Assembly: GCA_977862235.1 (NCBI GenBank)
Contig: OZ374565.1
Coordinates: 1,674,001-1,738,000 of the forward strand
DNA from: Dudresnaya verticillata
Lineage: Eukaryota
Direction: 5' to 3'
DNA: 64,000 bases
In this document: one piece after another, positions 11,649 through 22,830 of the stretch
Numbering within the stretch: the first letter of the stretch is position 1
Layout: each line of letters opens with the position of its first letter
Made by a program: the position numbers and the translations under genes
Notes under the pieces: model-generated
Told to the model about the DNA's origin: nothing
Database searches by the model: none
The model's input: the letters and a program-made list of their open reading frames with translations, nothing else

Positions 11649-14600
11649 ATGGGTGGTGGGAAGCGAAAGTCGAGAGGTGCTGGACCTAAACAGATTCCTC
11701 GATCGACACAGACCGCAAAAGCTCTATTCGCCGACTTAATAGATGGTTCCGTCAACACAAGAGCAGACCCCGTTTTCTGTATTCCATTGACGGCCATTCG
11801 TCCTATTGTGAGGTCTGGAGTAGAGCGTTTGAAGGCGCGCTTTGATGCGTCGCGCAAGGACCTCCACGATCCTCGAGCCAGTGCAATTGGATATGATGCT
11901 GGTTCGGACGCTCCCATTGTAATTGAAATATCTGGGTCCTTTCTATCTTTGGTAATTGAGCACTTCCAACAAACGTTTTAAGAAAGACGGAACGTCATAC
12001 TCTCAAAAAGAATCCATGGAAGTGTCAAACAATCGAGCGAAATGGTATGGAGTAGTGGACGGGATGCACAGACTTATAGCTATCACAGAACTCCGGAAGG
12101 AGGATTACGAGACGTGTAAATCTTTCTCATGGCCTGCTACTGTTCTAAGAGGGAGCCATGAATTGCAGTCACTTCGACAATTGGCTCGTCACCAGAATGA
12201 CAAGCACGATTCTTCATTCTACATCGAGACTACCTGCTTCGATACTCTTCGAGGCCTGAGAGAGGAGGCAGATCGTCTCACAGCGGGGAATGGTGGAAAA
12301 CGTCCGAATACCACGAGGATTGCTGAAGCCTATGAGGGATGCAACCATTTCAGGGACAATACTGTTAAACAGACTGCTCAGACTGTCCTTAGAATTTACC
12401 GCGCAGTGATTGACACAATCGGAGACATTATAAACGAGGAGAGGGATGATTTGGTGTCGATTTGATCTACAACTGTGGATCACAAGGACATCAATAAGAG
12501 TGTGGACTGTCGAGTGTACCGCAAGTCCATCAAAATAACATCTCTCAAGTCCGCAACAGTGTTCATGAACGCGTCGAAAGCACCGGATGGTGTACAAGCA
12601 CAGATTGCGACTTTATACCATTTGAGAGAATTGCACTGTTTACACAACTTCAAACCGCTGTCTTACCGGTACACCGTGGAACAGTTTCAGAAGGCCACCG
12701 CCGCTCTTCGCAAGGTTCGTAAGTTTGAAGTTCTCCGGGAAAGTCACGAGTGGCCAGAGTCCATTCAGGTGTTTCACTCTAACCTTCTCAATACACAGAA
12801 GATGGATGATGAGGTTGCGGAGAATATAGGAAATGACAAGGACATTGTGGCATCTATACTGGAATTGTACAGGGATGTATGTCCCCAGGAAGCTGCTGTT
12901 AAGGAGAAGAAGCATGCCAACTTGCTTAAAAGCATTGTCGGAAATAAGACAACACATAGTTCAGGACATTGTCCAGATAATGCCTCTCTGGAAGGGTCGC
13001 ACTTGCACTGTGATAGTGCCGAGCGCACTGATTGTGGAGATTCCACTCCTTCACCAAAACCTGGGGCACCTGTTGATAAACATAATTGCAAGTCTGTCGC
13101 CGCGGGATGTGTTGACAGTACTACTGGTTCCGGAAAAAACGCCTCAGAACCGCATGGAAACGAGCAAGAATCACCAAATGAGGATGGAAACTGTGGCACA
13201 ACACATGAAAACGAGAAAGGGACCGCCAATAGCCATGCTGGAGACACCGGGGAGGACACGAATGGCCATCTGGAAGGGAATAAAAAACATACACGATCGT
13301 CCGCGTCTACCATACAGTCTGAAAAGCTCGAAACATCAGGTATTGGAGACGTCGATGCACTGAATTCAATGAGGATCAGTTGCCACCACATGAGGTGGCA
13401 GACGTATAACCAGTCCGTTCGAAACGATTCGAGCCCACTGTTCGACCTCGTACTGACGGACCCTCCCTACGGAATACCGCCTAGTCGTTCGAATGCTGGT
13501 ATATCTTACGACAATTATATCAGCGATGGGGAGATTAAGCAATTCATCGAATTCTGTCGAAGGGTCATTAAACCTGGTCACTGGGTTTTCATCTTCTGCA
13601 GTTTCATTAACTTCGCAAAGTATCAACGTGCTCTGCTTGATGCTGGGCTCTACTGCCCGGAATATCCTTTCACCGTTTGCAAAGATACCAGGACATTGCA
13701 GGGACATCGTAATGACTACCCACAGAATGTTACGGAAATAGCCGCGTTTGGTCGCCGACGGGGACTGTGTGGGGAAAATTCAAGCCTGACCTCTCCAGTC
13801 CACTTCACTTCTTGGGAAGCAAAGATTGGCGAAAGTTCGCAACCTTCTCAAGTGTTCCAGTATCGAGACAAAAGCTGCTGAAGCCAGGGACCAAATCCCC
13901 TGTTGTGGTAGAGGGTAAGAACGTTTTGGCTCTAATGGAGGTCATGACAACTTTCTGTCCCGATGGTGGACGCGTTTTGGATGCCTACGGAGGTACCCTG
14001 ACCACTTGCATTGCAGGTTTGAGAACGGGGCGTCCGACTGTGGGCATCGAGCAGAACCCTGCAACATTCAGACTGGCATATGATCGTTTGAAGAAAATCG
14101 CAGTCGATGTGTGTAATGAAAAGCAGCGCTCTTCCACACTCACTGTCGTCCAACGGCAACACCGCGAAACGACTACCGATATTGATTCCGCTGAGAAGAG
14201 ACGGAAAGTAGTACGGAATGAGAAGAATGTGATAACGTCAACTGTAACAGACCGGCAACCCGCCAAATAGAAACGAACTAGTCCGGAAGGCTCAGAATCT
14301 GATCCTCTGCGGGGGGCTTCGAAGGTAGTCCTGCTTCAAGACGGAGATAAAGTCGGAACAGCATCTGTGCAATGAAATGCTGAGAGTTCCAAATTAACTG
14401 AGACTCTTCACGGAGTGTCGTTGTCGAAGGTTGCGAGGGAAGGATAACGTTTCGTTTCTCTTTCCGGATTCAGCGTATTACCTGGATGTGAGTCCCGGAA
14501 GTATCCGTATAGTTTCACATGTCAAGAGGAAGCGCCGGAGACGCTGAGTGGGCTGGTGGGGTTCTTTGCATGGGATTTGCACAAGTTGGAATCGTCGTAG
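11649..14600 (+). pseudogene. ParB-like + beta-class N6A/N4C DNA methyltransferase + C-terminal En/Spm-Tnp1-like domain (disrupted)
   Basis: Basic N-terminus MGGGKRKSR; ParB-type WYGVVDGMHRL (about 12043-12075); motif IV FDLVLTDPPYG (DPPY 13459-13470) precedes motif I RVLDAYGGTLTT (about 13974) and motif II VGIEQN; frameshifts near 11970 and 13770; in-frame stops at 12463, 14268 and two more before 14600. Confidence 0.85.
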
Positions 14601-14630
14601 TACGATATTACGGTCAGAGTAACCTCCGAG

Positions 14631-15017
14631 ATGCATATTGGGTATAATCGCCAAGCACGAGCTTTTCAGAATCCTCCGTCTACAGCATTTATTCCAGATC
14701 GAGTGCAGCTTTGCTGCAATGGCCTTGCAATATCTGGAACGTGGACAACGATATACCCCATGAACTCCTCACATGTACATCGCGACCGAATTACGAGTCT
14801 TGACCCCACGACAACGTTGCGTGAAGTTCAGACTCTTCGGGCTGAGGTTCTTGAGATGAGGTCGTTCACTGATGACGCACGACTGCGCCTGGATGCCATA
14901 TATAGCGATGTTTTCAACCGCGTGGAAAAGGTGGTTGTACAGGTGATGAGGTTTGCCAGGCAGGCTCAGGACAGACTACGTTCGGTTGAAGAAAGGTTGG
15001 GAATTGAACACAGATAA
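14631..15017 (+). CDS. Small coiled-coil protein (possible true start ATG 14760)
   Basis: LREVQTLRAEV…FTDDARLRLDA; helical heptads. Confidence 0.5.
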   Translation: MHIGYNRQARAFQNPPSTAFIPDRVQLCCNGLAISGTWTTIYPMNSSHVHRDRITSLDPTTTLREVQTLRAEVLEMRSFTDDARLRLDAIYSDVFNRVEKVVVQVMRFARQAQDRLRSVEERLGIEHR

Positions 15018-15134
15018 GAGGTGGACATCGAGTTGGATTCAGATCCGGAATCACATTTGCCTCCCCTCCATTTTGATCGCCATTGCATTGCACACCGACG
15101 CTCCTAGTGAGAAGGGGCTAGAAGAGAAATCAGA

Positions 15135-15419
15135 ATGACGCGTAAAACACTCCAGGAGCTGAGAGGTGAGATAGACAACCTCCGTGTGCAGGTTCGACAA
15201 CTGCAAGCGAGAGAAAACTATCTCGATGAGCAACTTCGGGCCGTGGCACAAGCCGTGAGGGAGATTGTGCATGGTGAAGGCAGACGAGCTGTGAACGCGC
15301 TGAGGAGCATTAGGGGGAGAGTCAGTGCCCTATACAGGATGATTACCAGACTTTATGGTCCAGCACAGAACGAACAGAACCCCGGTTCGGATGGAGGGGA
15401 GGATACCGGAAATGTGTAG
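15135..15419 (+). CDS. Small coiled-coil protein
   Basis: LQELRGEIDNLRVQVRQLQARE heptads; intact ATG to stop. Confidence 0.5.
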   Translation: MTRKTLQELRGEIDNLRVQVRQLQARENYLDEQLRAVAQAVREIVHGEGRRAVNALRSIRGRVSALYRMITRLYGPAQNEQNPGSDGGEDTGNV

Positions 15420-15799
15420 CCATCGGCTATCTTTAGAGTGGTCCTGTGTCTCGTCAGAAACTGAAATGTAAACTGCGTTGTGTTGCATCTTTCCATGTCG
15501 TCTCACGCTGGAACATCATGACACGCGCCTGTATCCGTGCTTGACGGTAATGCCGCGGAGGACGACTCCCTGCGCTGTCCGCTGTGTGCAGGAAATTTGG
15601 CCATGCGAGAGCGTTTTTGCGTCACATGGGCGCCGGCTCTAAACCCGGCGCGGGGTCAGCAACGGTAGCCGCTGCGTGAATAGGAAGAACTGGCGGCAGT
15701 GTGGATGGTTCGCGGCATGGTGCGCGAGGTGCACCCAAAAATCTGGCGACGAGCGCCGGCAGGCGGCGGGCTGTGTACGACCGAGTCCCGGGAGCCCCG

Positions 15800-16136
15800 G
15801 ATAGGTTTTCACAGCACGACCTTGCAGAAACCTAAAAAACTAATATCAATATTGACGAATAGGTTTTCACGGCTCGCGAGATCGAATATCTGTGTAATAG
15901 GTATTTCTACACTGAGTCTGGAAATCCCTATATAGGTATTTTCCAAATCACCTTCACAAAACCTATCGTAATAGGTTTTGCTGTCGGCGCGTCAGAAATA
16001 CCTTTATAGCTATTTGTAAGCACGCAACCAGAATACCTATTAGAAAGGTTTTTGCGTCGCCGGGTCGAAAAAACCTAAAACCTAATATCGATATTGCCGG
16101 ATAGGTCCTGACGGCTCGCATCCACAGAAACCTATC
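15800..16136. repeat. Palindromic array of ATAGGT(T/A)TT / AA(A/T)ACCTA motifs (MITE or foldback-like)
   Basis: Ends GATAGGTTT…AAACCTATC; central palindrome AAAACCTATCGTAATAGGTTTT near 15958-15979; about ten motif copies; CCG flanks both ends. Confidence 0.65.
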
Positions 16137-16687
16137 CCGCCATCTTGGAACCTCACCCTCCCATCGCTGCAGCCACGCGGCCTCGCGGTCGGTATGACAC
16201 ACATCAGCAGAGCTGCTGCTGAATCCCTGCCCAAAACGTCCCCCTGCGCATGAGACCCACACACCCCAGCTGCCTGTACCGCGCTGAGCATGCTGCAGTT
16301 GCAGCGCCGCGTCGACGTCCGCCAGTTGCGGTCGAGGTCTGTCGCGTCTGCAACCGCGCTGAACGCGCGTGATTGCGCACAGGAGCGCAATACGCTCCCA
16401 CCGTTGCCGTGCACCACTCCGTTTGTACGGGGTGTCGCCGGTGCTGCATGCCCTCGCTCCGGACTTGCTCAGGAACTTGAACTCGTCCTCACCCGCCTTC
16501 TCCTCATCATACAGATCGCTGTTCGTTAACAACCTCAATATGGCAGGTAGTCGCAGGTTGTCACCTTTCTGCAGCACGACCTTCACCGTGTTTACAGCTT
16601 CCGACATGATGCAAGTAATCCCGCGACTGCACTAGTGGAGCGGAGGTCACGGACAGCTACATTGGGTCTATCAAAAAAGCTCTCCGA

Positions 16688-17271
16688 ATGACGTCCTGGT
16701 GGCTGTTCGCGAGGTTGCATCTTGAAAACACGAGGGCTAGTCGATACCCTTCTGTCTGGTATTGCATGGGCATAGGCTCCGTCGTGAATAACACCAACTC
16801 TCGCCATCAGTTTTCGTTCGCTCTTCTGATTAAGGAGTTGCTTGGCAGCCCCTCGCGTTGCACGATCACCGACCCGGTTATGAATGAGGATGACATCAAG
16901 ATGGCACGCGAGGCAGGCTTCGAGGTTGTAGCGGCGGACGCTTTCACAGTGCGTGTCCCCCTTCTGGGGCCTGTACCGTGCTCTTCATGCCGCACTGTGG
17001 GATAGCTCTAAACAAGAAGACACTGAGGCGATGTTCAGAGTTTTCAGACAAGGGAATTGTTCTCTTTGGCAACATCCTGTCTGGGCACGCAGCTTTCCCG
17101 CGAGGTTCCTATGACTTCTCGTTGCATGGTTTAATTGATAGGCTTATAGGTTCAAAGGCACTACATTAGAGGGAAAGTCTAGAGTCGAAGCGGTCAACGC
17201 GTGAGTTGGCTTTCAACGATCTTGCTCTGACCACAATCGAGGACCCAGGCAACGATTTGAACCACGATTAG
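16688..17271 (+). pseudogene. SRR1/BER1-like domain fragment
   Basis: CMGIGS…SRHQF…TDPVM..DD…LFMPHC…IVLFGN…AFND match the SRR1 domain pattern; one frameshift (about 16980) and one in-frame stop (17167). Confidence 0.7.
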
Positions 17272-17294
17272 CACGCTTGGCTACTGCATATGGC

Positions 17295-18035
17295 TCCATT
17301 TGTTGGATATTTGATGCTTGGTCTGTTCCGGGGCCGTGCCGCCTACAGTGTTCCGCAGGTCGACGCTCTGCTCAGGCTTCCACAAGTTGAGACACTCAGC
17401 GTTCGCTTCCGGTACGGAGATTTGAATCTGCTCTAGGGTTAACTTATCAAGGCTCACATAATTTTCCGGCTATACCAAACCAGAATACCAACCCGGTGTT
17501 GGGCATCGCGGCACGGAACACCCTGTTCGACCAGCCACTCCGCGAGCTCCGTAGCCATTAGAGCCGGGTAGCTCTCTGCTTCATACATGTGCTCCTTATT
17601 CACACGCATCGATGCAACCATTGGCCCGTAAACCGACAGCACCAGCTTCACAGTGTCAATAGCGTCGAAAATGGGCTCCTCATCCTCTTGTATGTCGCGA
17701 TTGTATTCCAGAGGAATTCCCTTCATAATCGTAAGCAAAGTCGCAAGGTCTCCTTAAACCCGACCAGTTTTTCACGTGTCAGCTCACACATGTATGGGTT
17801 CTTCTTTTGCAGCATAAGGAAGCTTGCCGTGCAAAATGCGTCGCCAAGTTCAACCCATCCAGCTTTTTGGCTCATCAAGAATATGATATCCTCACTGAGG
17901 CGGGACAGATGCATCATTACAATACTGCAAGTCGAAACCAGCTATGTTGCGAAGTCGCGGTCACTAACGGTGTCCAGGTAATTGTTGCATACGCCGCCAA
18001 AGCCCAGTTCCTTCGCGAAAAAATCGCGGAGGAAG
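17295..18035 (-). pseudogene. argH: Argininosuccinate lyase, 3' half, degenerate
   Basis: AKELGF…DTVSDRDF; MHLSRLSEDII; decayed signature ASFLMLQKKNP; MKGIPLEYNRDIQED; ATELAEWLVEQGVP; GGTAPEQ; frameshifted and lacking the N-terminal half. Confidence 0.92.
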
Positions 18036-18500
18036 CTATAAACACCGCTAGAGGTGTCCTGGACCCCGCAGCGTTTTTCATGACTCAAGCGTATATTGCA
18101 TGAATAGCTATCGCGTTCTCCAGCAAATATGAAACCGTCCTTGACAAATTGAGAATAAAAGTCAAGGGCCATTTCATAGTTGTAAAGCGAGGCAGATCTG
18201 CCTGCTATACTTGAGTGCACATATTGCGCAAGGGAGTGCGAAAAACGGGAGGCAGTCTACTTCAATCTGCAGCTTCATGCATAACGAAAGCGGATATGCA
18301 GGGCATCCAAATCGAACGTAGTCTTGGCAGTGTGGTAAGTTATGCCACATCAAGGACAATCAGCGTTACTTTATGTGAGCGTTACTTTATGCCACATCAA
18401 GGGCATTCAGAGTAGGTATTGCGTGATTAGCATTCTGAGGTTCATACCAATTCCCTTCTCCTTCAATCTAGGAGCGTTAAGACTTTAATGGACTATCGTG

Positions 18501-21500
18501 CTACGATTTCTGTAGGGAGTCTCGTATCTTCTTCTTAACGGCTTGGGGCAGACATCTATTAGACAGCTTCTCAAACTCAACGAGGACAGACGCGGCATCA
18601 ACATCGTCAGTCCATGCCTTCTTGGCTCTGGCGTAGACAGAAGGGTGATATTTACCGTCCCACGCGTCCTGTCCTGAACCAACCTCATACCACCTGACTG
18701 AAAGGGTGCAAACGACACACGCGCTGTCCTTCTTCCAGCCCTGTACCTGTGCGATCCAGAAAGGCACATTATTGTCCTTAATGTTCAGGACCACGAAACG
18801 GTTGACACCATACGTCAAGTCAGCACGCTGAGTCTCGTGCTCAGCGTCATCCTGCTCCTCGGCGTCGCTATCTGCATCCTCCCCCGGTTCACCATCGCTT
18901 TCGGCAACTTTCTCCGACTTTCTATATACACCCTTCTTCTCGAATACCTTTGTCAGGTCCCAATGCAGAGGCTCCTCGCGATCGCGGAAGAACTCATCGA
19001 GCAACTTTTTAAACTCCTTTAGCTTCGCGGAGTCATTGATTCGCAGCTCCTCTGAGAGTAAGCGCTTGCTTACTTCTTCTTTATCTGGAGGGGAGATTAT
19101 CGCAGTGGCAGGTGTCTTTTCCAACTCGGGTGGTAATAGAAAGAAATCTTGTTGAGGTCCCTTTCTTTTCAACGCCTTCCACGAATCCTTGCAACCCACT
19201 CGTACCTCACACTTCGTCTTATAATAAGCTGCAATAGAGCCGGAGTCCAGTTCCGATCTGGAAAATTTGAATTAGCGAAAGTGGGAGAAAGGCTCAACCC
19301 CCCAATACACTTCTCCTGTTTGCAGAGTCCGGAACAGTTCGCGATGTGTCGCATGCGCGTCACTACAGGCGCGGGTGTGTACGATTGGCGTAGTTTCTCC
19401 ATCAAGTCCTGCATATTCACCGCGTCGTGGACTCGAAGCCTCCTGGAGGTGCAACTAAAAGTTTGGTCGATGTCGGCATGAGTTTGCCCGATTGGCAAGA
19501 AAGACATATGCACTTCAGTGAATACCCCCACGACACGAGCGACTCCAAGTACGTGAGTAGGAACTTGTTCTAGTTTTTACGTGTACAGTTGTCTCCTTGC
19601 AGAAAGAGAGTGCCCCGGAGCTCCCCTCTCTCATATTTGGTTGCTAACACGCGTTGCAACGCCTCAGCAATATGGTTTGCGCCTGATTCGAACTCGGCAG
19701 TCATTGTCAATAACGACAATCGATCTGCAGCGCTGTGGTCCAGTACTACTATTAACTTTGCCGCCAGCGCATGACCCGTTGTGGCTTTCGATCGAACATT
19801 GAAGTGCGGCAGACCATACGCCGATTGATCTGCACCATCGATAATCATTGAGCAATACCTTGTCGGCGAGAGTTTTGCCATGTCGCATTTCTTCTGGTAC
19901 TAGATTCTTTCCTGCCTTACCATCTCTATATGCCGCCTGCGGCGCTCTCTCAATCCCTCTGTTGCAGTCTGGTCTGCACCCCCCGAAGTCATGCGGGCAA
20001 GTTGATCCCTCACAGTCTCGCACTCGGCACAATTCGCGAATCGGTGGGTTTTGCGCACTTTGATCCTTGCGCAATGTGCAGTCCAAACAGTGCAAAAGTA
20101 GCTCTGAGACGGCAGTGTCTTTCCTCGGTACAATTTGGAAAGCTCACGCACAAAAACCTCGTACACCGCCTGCTTTTGAAAGAAGGGTAGATGAAGCTCG
20201 TCTCTGTCCGGTATTGCGTCAGATGTAGCTTCCGCTAACCTCTCTAAGAAGCTCCCAATGAGTTCAAGAGAGCTGTGGAAGCATCTCGCGAGCTCTTTCC
20301 GGGGCCGGCCCGCCTCCGGGCCTGTCTTATTCCTTTCGTTGACGACTGCAAGACCTTCGAAAATCCAAATGCCCGTTCCCCAAACGTGTAACACACCGGC
20401 CTGGCGCTGAAGAAGTACATATTAGAGTTGGGTTCCAATAGGCTTCGTAGATATGCCTACCGAGCTGCTCCGTTCATTACAATCGTACGCCTCACTTCCG
20501 CCCGAATACACGTGCTTTCAATTGTCGCAAAACATTGTTTTGACTGACAACATAACCATGACGAAATTTTTGTGTTGTAAACGTCTTCGAGCAGTTTCCG
20601 GCGCTTGCTGGCCATCAAAGGAGCACAAAGGGTGCCTTACGGCCTGCTGTGATAGTTGTAGCTTCGCTCCTGCCGGGTGTGCCCTTGTGTTATTTCCACA
20701 TCCCCCTCTTACGGTCCAGTGCTAACAGCAGCAGTTGCCTCCCCAGGAGGGCTGGGCACCGCGCTTGCCTCAACGGGTCGTTCTATTTCGGCATCCTCCC
20801 CATCCTCAGAACTTTCTTTATCGTCCCTGTCACCCTCCGGTAAGTATGCCTCGTCACCACATTGTTCTGATTCCGAAGAATCCTTCGTACTCGGTCTGGG
20901 TATACCAGCTGTATTTGAAACCTCTGGTTGAGGTCATCATGGCGGTCTGGTTCGATGTGTGTATTGCAGAGGCGATGCGGTTAATACTGGCGAAGGAGCT
21001 GTTTGCGGGGGAATCGACAGTCAGCCTCTTTCCTCGTCGGCGACTCTTTGGCGGTGTTTTCATAGAAGGTTCCTCCCCGAGGAGACGGGTCGCGGGAAGA
21101 GGTGTATCTGCTGCAGTACTGGAGCGGGCGGCAGAATGTTTGTTGCGCATCTGCGCCACATCCCAAACATGCATTACTACCTCAAGACCGCGAAGAGTAG
21201 CAGGTGGTTCTTCGACGCCCTTGTAGGTATAACGGTAAGGCTTCGAAGCAAACTCTTCTTCTATCTTCACCTCGTAAATGACCGCCAATGTTTGCCCTTT
21301 TTCCTCAACCTCGTTCCGATAATGCCCATGTAATCTAGTGCAATAGCACCCTGTGCTGTCCGCTGCACTAGGCTTTGACGGGGCGAACGGCTCAGTGGTG
21401 CCGACTATCAGCCTTTTGTCGAGCAACTGAACACGCCTTCGAGTATTGGAATTAGCAGTTTCCTTACCATCATTACCTCCACGCACTGCAGCTGAAGATG

Positions 21501-21507
21501 TCGACAT
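18501..21507 (-). pseudogene. Sola-like DDD transposase (disrupted) with N-terminal Tnp1-like and C-terminal beta-barrel-like domains
   Basis: LP…K..VY…S.SYF..VW…F..CxxC; IIDGADQ (about 19825-19845); LFLQGDNCTRKN*NK (about 19590); FLPIGQTHADIDQTFS (about 19455-19500); C-terminal PFWIAQV…VRWYE; several frameshifts. Confidence 0.78.
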
Positions 21508-22331
21508 TTCTGGTCCAGCTTGCAGACCGTTGTCGTCTCCACGTCGCGGAGATCTCCTTCCAGCTGATGATACAACTGATAATTACTGTTGAGGAGGCGA
21601 AGACGGTGGCGGCGCTGGTGGCACGTCTAGGAGATATCGGAAAGTGGCATGGAACCACCTGATTTACCAGTCTGATTCTAGGAAATACTACCGGCGGCTA
21701 TAAGGGGTCATTTATTTATCTGCCTCGACGGAGAAAGCCCTAATCACAACAACCTAGAAGTGCTGCTCCGTCAAATGTGGCTTCGAAGAAAGGAAAATAA
21801 GATGAAGGCTCCAGTTTTCGTTTTCCATACTCGGTTCAACATATTCAAAACCGATTTGCACTGCATTGACTCTACAGTTGCTTCTTGCATACCATGACAC
21901 TTTCGTTTGCTTTGTACGCCATGGTGTAGAATCCTTGCATCTTTTACGAGCGGCACGGCAGGTTCGACGACTGGGCATAAATGTAGCGGAACAGCAAGAA
22001 AACAGACCTGTTTAGCCTCAATTGAGGTACGCTTAAGCGTTCTCCAATGGTAAGCCTAACCATCCACAAGTTGGATTCGAAAGTACAGCATCCATGGCAG
22101 GGTTGGGTGGCGGCCTACATGCCTTAGTTCGATTTGTGACGTTTGCCAGTATGCTGGCTGCTAGCACAACTGGAACACAGGTGCTTCCCAAGCCGTAAAA
22201 ACAAGAGTAACAGACTCGACCTCAAAGGGATGACTACATACAATGCACAATCGGTGGGATATTCGTACGCTCAGGGGTTAGCACTATGAACGCCTAGGAG
22301 ATGAATACTGCAAGAGGCAGCGCTACGCTTC

Positions 22332-22830
22332 TGGTTAAATGATGATATCATCTCTGGTCACGCCATTAGTAGCGAGGATACACTGCACCAGGCATAGAAT
22401 TCCAGGTTCACGTTAGTAGCGAATGGCGTTTTGAAATCTGGCATTACACACCTCCGATACCCTACAATGAAGGCTCAGTTACTCTGAGTTCGGCTTTGAC
22501 CATCACAGTTTATTGAGGGGCTGTCCCGGTATACACTTCGAACGTGTTGTATGAGGCGTCTTTCCAGTTTGGCATGGCCGTCGACCATCTCAAACACCTT
22601 CTTGAAGCAGAGTATATGAATGGGATTGTCTCTATGTTGCCTTATTCGAGACCTTTTTCTTGTCATTCCACAGATGCTGATAGTCGTTCCAGGAACGACA
22701 TATTCACGGGTAGAAACAGCAGATGACGGGCAGCATGCCCAATGTTCTTTTAGGGCCGCACTGGACATGTGCCTGGTGGCTAAGGGCTAGAGCAAGCAAA
22801 AAATGTTGTTAGGATAGATCCTCTGCACAC
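22332..22830 (+). pseudogene. Possible Ulp1/C48-like protease remnant
   Basis: WLNDDII at 22332, P…HWTC at 22759 and RIDPL downstream, in different frames; no clear catalytic Cys motif. Confidence 0.25.

Noticed and set aside
12774..13391. Long shadow ORFs overlapping MTase, gag and pol regions
   Set aside because: Antisense or off-frame shadows of the real coding frames in GC-rich, low-complexity sequence
11649..14600. Bacterial contamination or a prophage restriction-modification locus
   Set aside because: Embedded between TIRs within eukaryotic retroelements; no cognate endonuclease, operon structure or phage genes seen
15800..16136. CRISPR-like array
   Set aside because: Repeats are about 8-10 bp, in both orientations and irregularly spaced; no cas genes
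17295..18035. Functional argininosuccinate lyase gene
   Set aside because: N-terminal half missing, frameshifts, and the catalytic SSxMPQK loop is mutated
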